A DNA stretch of 64,000 nucleotides from positions 10,716 through 74,715 of the IMG/VR virus record IMGVR_UViG_3300025053_000003. One strand, written 5' to 3'. The translations under genes and the position numbers were made by a program. The notes beneath the pieces were generated by a model. It searched no databases, was not told where the DNA came from, and saw nothing but the letters and a program-made list of their open reading frames with translations. Positions within the stretch are counted from its first letter, which is position 1; each line of letters opens with the position of its first letter. Source of the stretch: a virus (Duplodnaviria > Caudoviricetes). This document shows positions 10,682 to 21,446 of the stretch, piece by piece.

Positions 10682-10746
10682 ACAATTTTAGTTGATACAA
10701 CAAGGAATGCGAATAGTTGAAACAAAATGATTGAAAATAGTAGCAC

Positions 10747-10786
10747 ACGACGCATAGCGTCGTCACTTGGTTGCGTTAGCAACCAA
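10747..10786. repeat. two adjacent perfect hairpins in the divergent intergenic region
   Basis: ACGACGC-ATA-GCGTCGT (10747-10763) and TTGGTTGC-GTTA-GCAACCAA (10767-10786). Confidence 0.8.
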
Positions 10787-11032
10787 CGCTATGGTTAAGG
10801 TGTGATATTATATTTGCGTTATGTATTTAGTTGTTGAATTATGCGTGTTACGATTTTAATTTTCGTGCTATTCGCTATATTCTTTTTAGAATAAAAAGAA
10901 GTAACAGTTATTCGTAATAATTACACCTTATATAGTATAACAGTTTGGTAGACACAAAAGTCGAGAGCTATAAAAACATACCTTTGTCTATAGTAAAAGA
11001 CGTAGATGTCTATTTATTTTCACCTAACACCT

Positions 11033-11061
11033 TGACATTTTCAGGCACATGTTTTATAGTA
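11033..11061 (+). promoter_or_regulatory. sigma-70-like promoter
   Basis: TTGACA-N17-TATAGT upstream of 11114. Confidence 0.6.
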
Positions 11062-11113
11062 TCGGCTTACAAAGTGATCTCAAATTTAACAAAGGATAAA
11101 CAGGATAAACAGG

Positions 11114-11524
11114 ATGAGCAGAAACAAAGTACCACAATTTTTATCGGTTCCGATTGAACTTCATTTTAACTTAAATTTAACATCTGGGGCAAAATCATTA
11201 TTTTCTATTTTTTATTTATTCCATAATTCCGATAAGGGTTGTTACGCTGCGAACCACTATTTATCTAGAATGACTGGGTTAGACGAGAGAAGTATTACGA
11301 GAAATATTAAGCTATTGGAAGAATTAAAATATATTATAGTAAAAAATAAAAAATCAACTTCTAAAAGAAGAATCTTTATGAACAATTATAAAGAAATTTA
11401 CTTTTCTGCTGCTGAAAAAATATATTCAAATAATCGCTCTCCAGAAAAATTTAATTCAGAGGAATATAAAATTCTTTTTACTGAAGCATTAAATAATTAT
11501 ATTAATAAAAATTTAGAGGTTTAA
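11114..11524 (+). CDS. helix-turn-helix DNA-binding protein (replication-organiser-like)
   Basis: GCYAANHYLSRMTGLDERSITRNIKLLEELKYI winged-HTH pattern. Confidence 0.65.
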   Translation: MSRNKVPQFLSVPIELHFNLNLTSGAKSLFSIFYLFHNSDKGCYAANHYLSRMTGLDERSITRNIKLLEELKYIIVKNKKSTSKRRIFMNNYKEIYFSAAEKIYSNNRSPEKFNSEEYKILFTEALNNYINKNLEV

Positions 11525-11609
11525 TTTTGGTCACGAAATCTACTTCATTACCAAATGCCTATATGTTATAATTTTAATAACTTAAATAACTTAAAAACAG
11601 AGGAAAATC

Positions 11610-12446
11610 ATGAGCAATAGAAATGCAGAAGGTACTCACTTTGGATATGAAACGTATTGTGCAGAACCGGATGAAGAATATGCCTACGACAATTATAGAT
11701 TTGTCGACACCAACGAATCAATCTATAATCACAACAGGAAGTGCCCTAAATGCCAGCAGAATGAAACAACAGAAGGTCACGACCCTTGTCTCCAAAATCT
11801 TCCCGGCGTCCGTTACGCCTGTTGTTCTCACGGTAAAGGGAAAGGGTACGTTATGTTCACCGATGGGACAGTCATCAGGGGGAAGTTTAAAGTCGAAAGA
11901 GGGCAGTACCCCAACTCAACAAATCCACTAAAGCAAGAATGGGATTTAAATTATAACAAAGCACTTAGGCATTGTGAATACCACCTTGATAAAGGAAGAA
12001 GAGTAGAAGAACCTTACGAAGAAGAATTTTATAAATTACTGGATGCTTTACTTGAGACAGATGAAAATCCTTGGTCGTTTATGCCACCTGGATATGAAGA
12101 ATCATTTTCTAACCCATTTGGTTCTGACGCATTTTTAGGCGAATTATACCATTCGATGATTGACGATGGAGAAATTTGTTTTATTTCGCACGAAAATTAT
12201 AATCCTAAAATTTTATTTTTGAATATGTACTGTGATAAGAAAAGGATTGAAGAGTTCATCAAGAAGGATTATTCTGCTCATTTCAGAGCAAATGAAATTA
12301 AGGCAAAAATAGTCGATAATTATAAAGTAAAGGATTTTGAAATTCATAGTAGCGTAGATCAGTTTATTCAGGAATTAAAAATTAGACCAGTTGAACATTT
12401 AAAATTGATCAAGGAGAACGAAGAATGGATAAAATCAGTGAAATAG
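11610..12446 (+). CDS. hypothetical protein with Cys/His-rich N-terminal domain
   Basis: CPKC...GHDPC...ACCSHG. Confidence 0.6.
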   Translation: MSNRNAEGTHFGYETYCAEPDEEYAYDNYRFVDTNESIYNHNRKCPKCQQNETTEGHDPCLQNLPGVRYACCSHGKGKGYVMFTDGTVIRGKFKVERGQYPNSTNPLKQEWDLNYNKALRHCEYHLDKGRRVEEPYEEEFYKLLDALLETDENPWSFMPPGYEESFSNPFGSDAFLGELYHSMIDDGEICFISHENYNPKILFLNMYCDKKRIEEFIKKDYSAHFRANEIKAKIVDNYKVKDFEIHSSVDQFIQELKIRPVEHLKLIKENEEWIKSVK

Positions 12447-12484
12447 CCAATATCCCAAACTTACCCGATATAATCGATTCTAAA

Positions 12485-12536
12485 CGACTTTCAACCTGAA
12501 CCATAGTCAGGTATGCCCGGCACCCTGAATCGCGCT
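12485..12536 (+). repeat. dispersed intergenic element, copy 1 (inverted copy at 58852-58903)
   Basis: Core TAGTCAGGTATRCCCGGCACC 20/21 identical, plus CGACTTTCA and AATCRCGCT blocks. Confidence 0.75.
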
Positions 12537-12772
12537 AATTTAGCCGCTATACACCCTAAAATTCTGAAATTAAGAAGGAGGACTAATTGAGATTTATACT
12601 TTTCGACGAACCAGATGAAAATGGAGATAATATCAGAGTAAAATTAACCGAAGAGGAAGCAATCAAGAGACAACACCAAAGAGGGCTATTTCATAATTAC
12701 GCTTATAAAAATGACGAAGATGCTTTATCTGATTTTATAATTAATAATTGGGCATGGATTGAAGGGGAGTAA

Positions 12773-13606
12773 ATGAATAAACAACTTTTAAAACATACGC
12801 AAGACACTATCGATTGCTGGGTTGAATCATGGGGAGTTGAAAATGTCTATGTGGCCTTTTCGGGGGGGGCAGATTCGACAGTCCTTCTGGATATCGCAAG
12901 AAGATTATACCCAGAGATTAAAGCTGTATTTAATAATACAGGGTTAGAATTGCCAGAAATTGTTAGATTCGTAAAAACATTTTATAATGTAGATACTCTT
13001 TATCCTAAAATCCCTTTTCATAAAGTAATCGAAAAGTATGGTTGGCCAGTTGTTTCTAAAGAACAATCACAGTTCTTATCTGAGATAAGAACGACTAAAT
13101 CTGAAAAACTTTTAAATATTAGATTAAACGGAAATAAATACAACAGAGGAAAAGTCAGTGATAAATGGAGATTCTTAATTGACGCTCCATTTAAAATCAG
13201 TCATCAATGTTGTAATAAACTTAAAAAAGAACCAGCTAAAAGATATGAGAAAGAAACGGGAAGGCATCCTATCCTTGGTATAATGGCAGAAGAGTCTGCC
13301 TTGAGGAAGCAAGCGCACTCATGCAATGTTTACGATTCAAAGAGACCCATTAGCAAGCCATTATTCCACTGGACGAAAAAAAAGATATTTGGAATTATAT
13401 AAGAGAAAACAATGTAAAATATTGTGAAGTTTATGATAAAGGGTGGGATCGGACAGGTTGTATATTTTGTCTTTATGAGATACACAGGCAATCTTTCTAA
13501 CCTGTTAGAAAGATTGCATGAATTACATCCTAAATTATATGATTTTGTCATTAATAAATTAGGCGCAAAAGAAATTCTGGAATATATAGGAGTTAAATAT
13601 GAATAA
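12773..13606 (+). pseudogene. PAPS reductase-family protein, two frameshifts
   Basis: VAFSGGADSTVL, CCNKLKKEP; shift at A8 (13376-13383) restores DIWNYI...DRTGCIFC; second shift gives ERLHELHPKLY. Confidence 0.78.
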
Positions 13607-13982
13607 GGAGACCAGAATGTTTAATTACTTATGCAGGAAATGTAATTTAATCTTTTTATCGTCACAAGGGACAGTAGCAAATATCTGTCCTGATTGTGGT
13701 GGTGATGCAGTGAGGTAGAATAATGGAAAAGAATTATAAAATAGAACCATTTATTATTAGAGAAATAACTATTTCAAAAAATTTGGTAAAAGCCACAGAA
13801 ATTATCTTTGGAATTGTAAAAAGTATAACTGATAAACCTGTACTTGTCGGAAATCAGCGCATCTCTGGACTTTGTGAAAATGTAGTTATGGTCATTGCTA
13901 AAGGAGGAGACATCAATGGGACAACTTTTGAAATTTTTAATATTGAATTTGACAAAATATAATTAATTAAAATTAATAAAAT

Positions 13983-13992
13983 GCCGATAAGG
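13983..13992 (+). promoter_or_regulatory. sigma-28-type -10 box (GCCGATAAGG), weak -35
   Basis: Same ATGCCGATAAGG 12-mer as at 10346 and 39371; upstream of phoH. Confidence 0.45.
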
Positions 13993-14027
13993 ACAGAAAC
14001 AGTTCCTTATTAACCCCTATAGCAGAG

Positions 14028-14771
14028 GTGAAAATGGCGAAGAAATTAGTAAAGCTAATTAAACAGATAGACGAAATACAAAAAGAAACGAAAAAATCCT
14101 TCTCCCCAAAACTGAGGCCACAGGATTTAAGAGAGTTTTACCCTTTAACAAAAACCCAAGAACACTTTTACAATATCTACATGGACTCTGAGTTTACAGC
14201 ATTACATGGTGTAGCAGGGACAGGCAAAACATTTATTGCTCTGTACAAAGCATTAGAAGACGTTCTATCTAAATCAATCTTTAAAAAGATTATAATCATC
14301 AGGTCATGTGTCCAATCAAGAGACATGGGATATCTTCCTGGTGACGAAAAAGATAAAATGGACAGGTACGCTTTACCGTATAAACAAATCTGCTCCCGTC
14401 TTTTCGAGAACAAAGAAGCTTGGAATCTTTTAGAAGAAAATAATTTAATTGAATTTATGTCAACTTCTTTTCTAAGAGGAACATCTTACAACAATTCAAT
14501 AATTCTCTTGGATGAATTTCAGAATTGCAATTATGAGGAATTAGCAACTGTTATTACTAGAGTAGGAGACAATTCCAAAATCATTTTCTGCGGCGATATT
14601 AGACAGACTGATTTAAGGAAAGCAAACGACCCTTCTGGATTACGCAAATTTTTCCAGATAGCTTCTTCAGTAAATGCCTTTAATAGAATTGAATTTGGAA
14701 TTGAGGATATTTGTAGATCAGATCTTGTTAAGGAATGGATTATAGCTGAATTAGACTGGAAGGAGAAATGA
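14028..14771 (+). CDS. phoH: PhoH-family ATPase
   Basis: GVAGTGKT, FLRGTSY, ILLDEFQN, CGDIRQTD, DICRSDLVK. Confidence 0.9.
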   Translation: MKMAKKLVKLIKQIDEIQKETKKSFSPKLRPQDLREFYPLTKTQEHFYNIYMDSEFTALHGVAGTGKTFIALYKALEDVLSKSIFKKIIIIRSCVQSRDMGYLPGDEKDKMDRYALPYKQICSRLFENKEAWNLLEENNLIEFMSTSFLRGTSYNNSIILLDEFQNCNYEELATVITRVGDNSKIIFCGDIRQTDLRKANDPSGLRKFFQIASSVNAFNRIEFGIEDICRSDLVKEWIIAELDWKEK

Positions 14772-15301
14772 TGGGAGGAGAAAGGATGGAAGGAGTTAAA
14801 CATATTAATAAAATTAGAGAATATTGTGATTACGTTGAAGAGCATTTACTTAATGTAGAAAGATCATGGTTTATTCTTCAATCCACTTGTAAAGATATGC
14901 CCATAATTTATGATGATTACTGCTATTGGTATATTGATGCAATGGTTAAAAATCATGATGTCAGTAAAATGTCAACTGAAGAATTTATTCCATATCAGCG
15001 TAATTTTTACCCGGTAGATGAGAAAGACAACGCTATTTTCGGTATAGCATGGCAGCACCATTTAATACATAATCCGCACCACTGGGAAAATTGGACTAAT
15101 ATAAAAGAGAAATTTCCCAATGAGCAAGCATGTCATTGTGTATGCATGGTGATCGACTGGATGGCTATGGGTATGAAATTTGGTGACACAGCAGAAGAAT
15201 ATTATAACGCTAATAAACACAAAATAAATATACCTGGATGGTCTGTTGAATTTATAAATGAAATTTTTAAAAAGTTGAGAGACTGGAAGGAGAACAAATG
15301 A
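14768..15301 (+). CDS. HD-like (DUF5662-like) protein; intact paralog of the split gene at 53689-56598
   Basis: HDVSK...AWQHHLIHNPHHWENW...CMVIDWMAM. Confidence 0.65.
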   Translation: MMGGERMEGVKHINKIREYCDYVEEHLLNVERSWFILQSTCKDMPIIYDDYCYWYIDAMVKNHDVSKMSTEEFIPYQRNFYPVDEKDNAIFGIAWQHHLIHNPHHWENWTNIKEKFPNEQACHCVCMVIDWMAMGMKFGDTAEEYYNANKHKINIPGWSVEFINEIFKKLRDWKENK

Positions 15302-15901
15302 AAATAGTAACAGAACTGGACTTTAGAATGCCTGAATTTAAGGACGCAGACCCTAATGATTATGAATTCAGAGACGACGGGAAAATAGTCAGGAAAGACA
15401 GATGGGAACAAGGTATAAGGAATATAGCTGGTATCCTTAAATTCGATATAAGAGAAGGATTTGAAGTTGAAGACGTTATTAATTGTGTTCAGTATTTAAA
15501 GGGAACTTCTAATCCAATGCTAAAAATCCTGAAAATTGTTTATAGTGATAAAGAAGGAGAGGGTTTACACCATAATTTTAAGATTACATCCCCGCTTTCA
15601 ACTTTTGATGATACTTTAATAGTCCATGTATCATTGGATTCAGTTAATGAATTACTAGAGGCGGATTAATGAACCAACTAGATCAACGGTGCAATTTCTG
15701 CGGAAGGAGGAAATCCCAAAATCTTAAACTAACTTTCATCCAAGGTAAAACTAAATCAACTATTTGTAGTATTTGTATTAATGAATTTAAAATTAGGTTA
15801 GATTACGAAGAAGAGTTAAATATTCATAAGGATTAGAATTCAGTCGCAATTAGCTTTATTTAATGTAGTGTTTAGGGAACAGAATATAATTAAGGAGAAA
15901 G

Positions 15902-16460
15902 ATGAAAGTTTTGATAGCGTGTGAATTTAGTGGAATTATAAGAGAGGCCTTTAAAAGAAAAGGCCATGATGCTTGGAGCTGCGATTTGTTAGATACTGAG
16001 ATTTCTGGGAACCATATAATCGGTGATATTTTCCCAGTGCTGTAACAGCACTGGGATTTAATGATCTGCCATCCACCATGTACTCATTTAGCTGTTAGCG
16101 GAGCAAGGTATTTTAAAGAGAAAATTGAAAGTGGAGTCCAACAAGAGGCATTAGATTTTGTTGAATTGTTACTCGAAGCGAATATAAATAAAATATGCCT
16201 TGAAAATCCTATTAGTATTATTTCAACTAAAATAAGAAAACCAGACCAAATAATTCAACCTTGGCAATTTGGACATGGAGAAACAAAAGCAACTTGTTTA
16301 TGGCTAAAGAATTTACCTAAATTAATTCCAACAAATATAGTCGAAGGAAGAGAAGACAGAAGACAGAATACATAAAATGGCACCAAATAAAGATAGATGG
16401 AAAAATAGGAGTAGAACATATCAAGGAATTGCTGATGCTATGGCAGAACAATGGGGATAA
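15902..16460 (+). pseudogene. DNA cytosine methyltransferase (phage short type), nonsense plus frameshift
   Basis: MKVLIACEFSG...; TAA at 16043; HPPCTHL; ENP; 7-bp duplication AAGACAG at 16353-16366; restored end RSRTYQGIADAMAEQWG. Confidence 0.85.
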
Positions 16461-16800
16461 TACAATTATTGTTCTGGAAATAAAAGTTAATAATTCAATA
16501 ATCCAAACGAAGGAGGACAAAATGACAAGTATCAATTTTAAAAACGAGTTCGGAAGTTATACCATTGAAATCAATAAAGACGGAATGACAATCGATGAAG
16601 TTTTTGAAGATTTAATTACTCCAGTATTGCTCGCAGCAGGTTACTAAAGTAAAAATATTGAAGATCGGATTTGTGATGGATGCGGTTGAAATAAGTTTTA
16701 ATATTTACTCTTAAAATTTAATATATAATATTTTTGAAATAAGGAGTTGAGTTCTGGATTAGATTCTATTAAATGACCCCTATCCCCTTAGTATTACTTA

Positions 16801-16839
16801 ATGCGCTTACTTGTTAAATCAGGTGGCGCATTTTTGTTT
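16801..16839 (+). terminator. rho-independent terminator
   Basis: ATGCGC...GCGCAT stem followed by a T-rich tail at the end of the 11-16.7 kb gene run. Confidence 0.6.
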
Positions 16840-16879
16840 GTGGAGTAGTAACGTAAAAGTTGCTTAGTAACAATTGAAA

Positions 16880-16928
16880 TGTTACTTGTGTAGGAGTTGT
16901 GTTACTTGTGTAGGAGTTGTGTTACTTG
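16880..16928. repeat. 20-bp tandem repeat (GTTACTTGTGTAGGAGTTGT) x about 2.4
   Basis: Read directly. Confidence 0.8.
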
Positions 16929-17138
16929 GGTTGGGATTAAGTGTTATGAATAAATTAGAATTAATAAATTTTGGGTCGAGTATAAGAGCTTGTATCAGGT
17001 GTAATTGTTGAGAAAGTGTAGAGGGAAAAGGAAGGGTGGATTGGTGTTAGGATTTAGTTGAAAATTTTAAAATCTTAAGCGTGATACTCGACCTGCCTAA
17101 CAGGGGTATGGGGTCGCCTAAAATCGTACCGGCTATCC

Positions 17139-17233
17139 CCACGCCACCACGTCACCACGTCACCACGCCACCACGTCACCACGCCACCACGTCACCACGC
17201 CACCACGCCACCACGTCACCACGTCACCACGCC
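17139..17233. repeat. 8-bp tandem array (CCACGYCA) x about 12
   Basis: 11 full units plus 7 nt, C/T variable at position 6. Confidence 0.95.
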
Positions 17234-17333
17234 TGATCTATTTCATTTATTTTTCACTTTTACTTCTACTTCATTATTTTAAACTATTTTTATTTGTCTT
17301 TTTAAATCAGATACTTACAATAGCATTATTTAT

Positions 17334-18383
17334 TTGACTTATTGTTTTAATAGTTGTATTTTAATTTATATGATTTATTTTATTAACTCACACAAGGAGA
17401 TTATGATAATGACACAGATCACGATCAGCTACACCACATCAGTTTTCACGCCAGCGGGTTGGCGTAATGAGACAGTAACCGCAACGGTGGAGGTAATCAG
17501 TCCAAAACGGGGGCGTGTGCTATGCGTCCAAGATATTGGCGGTAATGGCAACTCCGGTTATGGTAGCCGGACCGGGGCAAAGCGGCAAGCATATCACGTG
17601 GGAGGGATTGCTATGCGGGAGCAAGGCAAAATCAAAAACCTATCAGCTTGTTGTATACTCTAACACTAACGCATCATTGCCTATAATCCGGCAAAGGATT
17701 GTTATCTTTGCCGCACCGGAAAAACTCAAGAGGTGTTCTGGGCCGATGAATTGGCGGACTTCTACAATTAAACTACTACTACAATAAAGGAAAGGTGATG
17801 AACCTGAAAAATACACAATGGGGAATAGCTACGGAATATACAAAAGATATTTTACCCGGAGCTATTCTGGAAAAGATTATTCGTGGGCCTGTTTCCGGTG
17901 CCATTCACGAGTTTACAATCTGCTATGTTTGGGGCAGATATATCCCGGTTCATGGCATGGTAAAAATGGCCCCTTGTGATACAGAAAAACAGGCAAAGAG
18001 GGTGTTAAAAAACTATTGGGATAATTTGAAGGATAACGAAAAATGACAATCAAATTACTTGTATACCGGCTGTTATGCGCATTGGCAATAGTTGCCACCT
18101 TGAGTATAGATATATAAGAGGGGAAAGTATGAAAATAAAATCAGAGCATTACCAATACATGAAAAACGCGATAATTGAAAAGCATAAATTCATGCTTGAA
18201 AATCATAAAACTGATTATATAAAGTACAGGAATGCTGGCCACTCAAAGGAGCTGATCTTATGGGATCTACTACATGCTTCTGGTTTAACTCCTTGGGTAT
18301 GTTCAATGCTATACTTGGATAAAAAGGATTCGCATATTGAAACGGCTTTAAAGTCAATCTGGCAAGATATCCGCATGGATTGA
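17334..18383 (+). CDS. cluster of three small hypothetical genes (17334-17663, 17795-18046, 18075-18383; true starts probably internal)
   Basis: ORF track; AAGGAG/GAGG RBSs. Confidence 0.55.
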
Positions 18384-18969
18384 AAATAAGCACTACAGTC
18401 AATTTTAAGCCGTGTTCAGGCCTTGCCATAGAAAGGTATACCTTAAGCTCTAATCAGGGCAAGGTGACGCCATAGAACGCTAAATTTCAAGGGATAAAAC
18501 TATGCAAGCAATAGGATACTACAATCTCGGTTTGGGGGTGGGGATGGTCAAAAAGCTGGTGTGTTGGGTTGGGGGGGCGAAGAAAGAAAACTACGCGTTT
18601 TGTTTTTCTGGTGGAAAAATTCGGTTCTTATGTTTGGTTTGGTGTTGGGGGGGTGTTGTATTGAAATAGCTTAATATCGCCTTATACAATTTTATATCGC
18701 CCTATATCACTTCCCTTTAATACCAAGGGAATACGGGCAATCATGCATAAAAACAGGCAAGAAAAACTCACTTGTACATAAGATATTTCTCAAAAATAGT
18801 ATATTATAACTACTTGATAATATAAGGAAAGTGAGTAAATTCAAGAGAATAGGCGATATAAAGAGATAATTATAATTTACCTTCCACCAATAAAACCGTC
18901 TATATGCTCAGGGCAATGCTTTTCCAGATATAGCAATAAGACTTCCAGAATTGAGAAAGGGCAGGCGTA

Positions 18970-19049
18970 GGGTGCAAGGGTGCAAGGGTGCAAGGGTGCA
19001 AGGGTGCAAGGGTGCAAGGGTGCAAGGGTGCAAGGGTGCAAGGGTGCAA
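18970..19049. repeat. 8-bp tandem array (GGGTGCAA) x10
   Basis: 10 perfect units. Confidence 0.95.
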
Positions 19050-19532
19050 GGTTTGTTTCAATTAATTCTTTTAATTCTTTTAATTTGAGAAAAGGGGTTG
19101 AGTAAAACAGGAAACGCCATACGTATGGCCCAACCTATACAGTATACCCTATACAGCTTATTTGCTAAACAATTAAAAGTCTAATCCTAACAAAAGATAT
19201 TAACAACAACACGTACGCAATAACGTACTACTTTTTACACGTACGGAAAATCGTACGCATGAATTTACCTATTCCAGAAAAACAATTTTTAGGATTTTTC
19301 TAATTGTATAACTTTATCCTTTACATTAGTTCAAATTATTTGTATTATCTATTTAACAGTTGAGATCAAGAAGTTATTAACTCAAAACACAAGAGGCCAA
19401 AAAATGGGTATATAACAAAAGGTAATAAAATGTTTTAAATTATCAAAAATAAATCTTGTATAATTAGAAAATCATTTATATAAAGAATCATCGAAGTTAA
19501 GTTTTACAAAATATCAAAAAGGAGAAAAGATC

Positions 19533-20519
19533 ATGGCCGCAAATATGGATCTTCAGCTTTTTGCTTCAAAAAATGCCGCTGCATGGTGGTGGAATGATTC
19601 TATGGAAAACCATGTATTCCCCAACGCCACTAACCGGGAGCTGTTTGAGTTGAGCAAAGCAGACTTTCCGGTTGAAATTGTTCCGATTTTCAAAAAAGAC
19701 GGTTCCGAAATTCCCGGCTATTTTATCCTGGAAAATACCAGAACGGGGGCAGCGTTGAGGATGGCAAAGAGTCGTTTTCAGGCCTTGCAAAGTGAAACGC
19801 TTTTTGAGAAACTGGACCAGCTTGGAAACATTACCGATATCGGGGCCATCGGTCAAGGCGAAAAGGTGTTCTTCTCTCTTGATGCCGGTCAATTTGAGAT
19901 AGGGGAAGGTAATACCCATAAACAATTTATTAATGCAGTTCTTCCCCATGACGGAACAATGAAGATTACGCTAGGTTTAGGCGATTTCAGGATCGAGTGT
20001 CAAAACACCTTTAATCTTTGGAAACGGTCACTTGATAGTACTGAAATATTAGCTTGTAAGCAGACTGCCAACGCAGAGGCGAAAATTGACGGCTGGGTCA
20101 AGGCATTCCAGGAAATGCAAGCCGAAAATGAGACATTGAAAGAGAAATTCAAGCGACTGGCAAGCATGAAATTTTCCGCTGAAAGTCAAGCCGGGATCAT
20201 TGGCAAGTTGTTTGGCGGAGACAAAGACAAGCCGTCAACCAGGAGCATTAATACACAAAAGATGCTGGCGGAAATCATCGCCGATAATGCAAGTAATGTG
20301 AGCCAGGATGTCCGGGGCACTGGTTACGATCTTTTTAACGGCCTAACGTACTGGACTAGCCGGGGAATGGGACTCAAGGCAAACACCTCAGCACTGGAGT
20401 CCGTCATGTTTGGAAGTGGCCAGAAGTTGGCGGAAACGGCTCTAAATTTGATTCTGGAAAGTATCCCGGATGGTATCATACCGAACCGTGAAAACCTTGT
20501 CAGAACGATAACCGTGTAG
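19533..20519 (+). CDS. DUF932/DUF945-like phage/plasmid protein
   Basis: PHDG...RIECQNT, GTGYDLFNGLTYW, SVMFGSG. Confidence 0.7.
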   Translation: MAANMDLQLFASKNAAAWWWNDSMENHVFPNATNRELFELSKADFPVEIVPIFKKDGSEIPGYFILENTRTGAALRMAKSRFQALQSETLFEKLDQLGNITDIGAIGQGEKVFFSLDAGQFEIGEGNTHKQFINAVLPHDGTMKITLGLGDFRIECQNTFNLWKRSLDSTEILACKQTANAEAKIDGWVKAFQEMQAENETLKEKFKRLASMKFSAESQAGIIGKLFGGDKDKPSTRSINTQKMLAEIIADNASNVSQDVRGTGYDLFNGLTYWTSRGMGLKANTSALESVMFGSGQKLAETALNLILESIPDGIIPNRENLVRTITV

Positions 20520-20900
20520 GTTAATTTGTTGATTGCTTGAGCCGGTAAGGAATAAAGGAAACTTTACCGGCTTTCTGGAATTAATAAACATCAAAACACC
20601 AACTCAAGAGGCTAAAAAAATGGACGAAATCAAATGGATAAAAAGTCCCTTCTACCAGGCAAGAATTCGCTGTGAAGATATTTGGGTAAGGACAATAGGT
20701 TTTTGTCCTGCAAAAAATTGGTATTTGTGCCGGAGCGGGAAAGAGAAAGAAATCTTTTTCGCTGATGAATTGGTAGAATTTTGTGAATAGGTGAAAAGAT
20801 GCTAAAATATTGGTTGAAAAATTTTGGGATTGCTGGTTTAATTATTTCTGGTTTTTACGTTTTCTTTTTATTAATTTATGTTATTTTTTGAGGTGAAAAG

Positions 20901-21446
20901 ATGAATACTGCTGTTCCTCTTTACAAAGTTTTGACCCCTGAAAATACTGGAGGATATTCGGATTTTGTTTGGCCTTTACCTATTAATGGAAAACCTGGAA
21001 AATGGGTAAAGATAGAAAACGATCTTAAAATGTGTTCTAACGGGTTTCATCTAACTGCGAATCCAGAAAGGTGGTGGAAGCATGGTGCAAGGATTTTCCG
21101 GGCTGAGTACAAGGGCGAAATACTGGTTGAAAACTCAAATAAAATTTGTTGCCGGGAAGCAAGGTTAATTTGTGAAATTACAGAAAATGATCCTTGTTTT
21201 CTAATTAATTCCCTCATCCGTTGTTATGTTTTAATCGGGATGAAACAAAGAGGGGAAATTGAACAAATTGACCTGGAAGGCGCAGACCTGTATGGCGCAA
21301 ACCTGAGAAACGCAGACCTGAGAAACGCAAACCTGAGAAACGCAGACCTGAGAAACGCAAACCTGAGAGGCGCAAACCTGGAAGGCGCAGACCTGTATGG
21401 CGCAAACCTGAGAGGCGCAATAAATTATAAAGAGGCCAAAAAATGA
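20901..21446 (+). CDS. pentapeptide-repeat protein with N-terminal phage domain (CSNGFH)
   Basis: About 10 A(D/N)Lxx repeats, encoded by 15-bp DNA repeats near 21274-21420. Confidence 0.85.
   Translation: MNTAVPLYKVLTPENTGGYSDFVWPLPINGKPGKWVKIENDLKMCSNGFHLTANPERWWKHGARIFRAEYKGEILVENSNKICCREARLICEITENDPCFLINSLIRCYVLIGMKQRGEIEQIDLEGADLYGANLRNADLRNANLRNADLRNANLRGANLEGADLYGANLRGAINYKEAKK

Noticed and set aside
11141-11168. Fifth sigma-28 promoter (TAAA-N16-ACCGATAA, minus strand)
   Set aside because: Inside a coding region with a poor -35; may be chance.
6769-16045. Alternative genetic code or stop reassignment
   Set aside because: One each of TGA, TAG and TAA appear as internal stops, and all three also end intact genes normally; most long ORFs are uninterrupted.
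17655-17715. Further attC site (CACTAAC...GTTATCT)
   Set aside because: Weak internal pairing and no complementary partner box; at most a degenerate relic.
17139-19049. 8-bp arrays as CRISPR
   Set aside because: No spacers, units too short, no cas genes.
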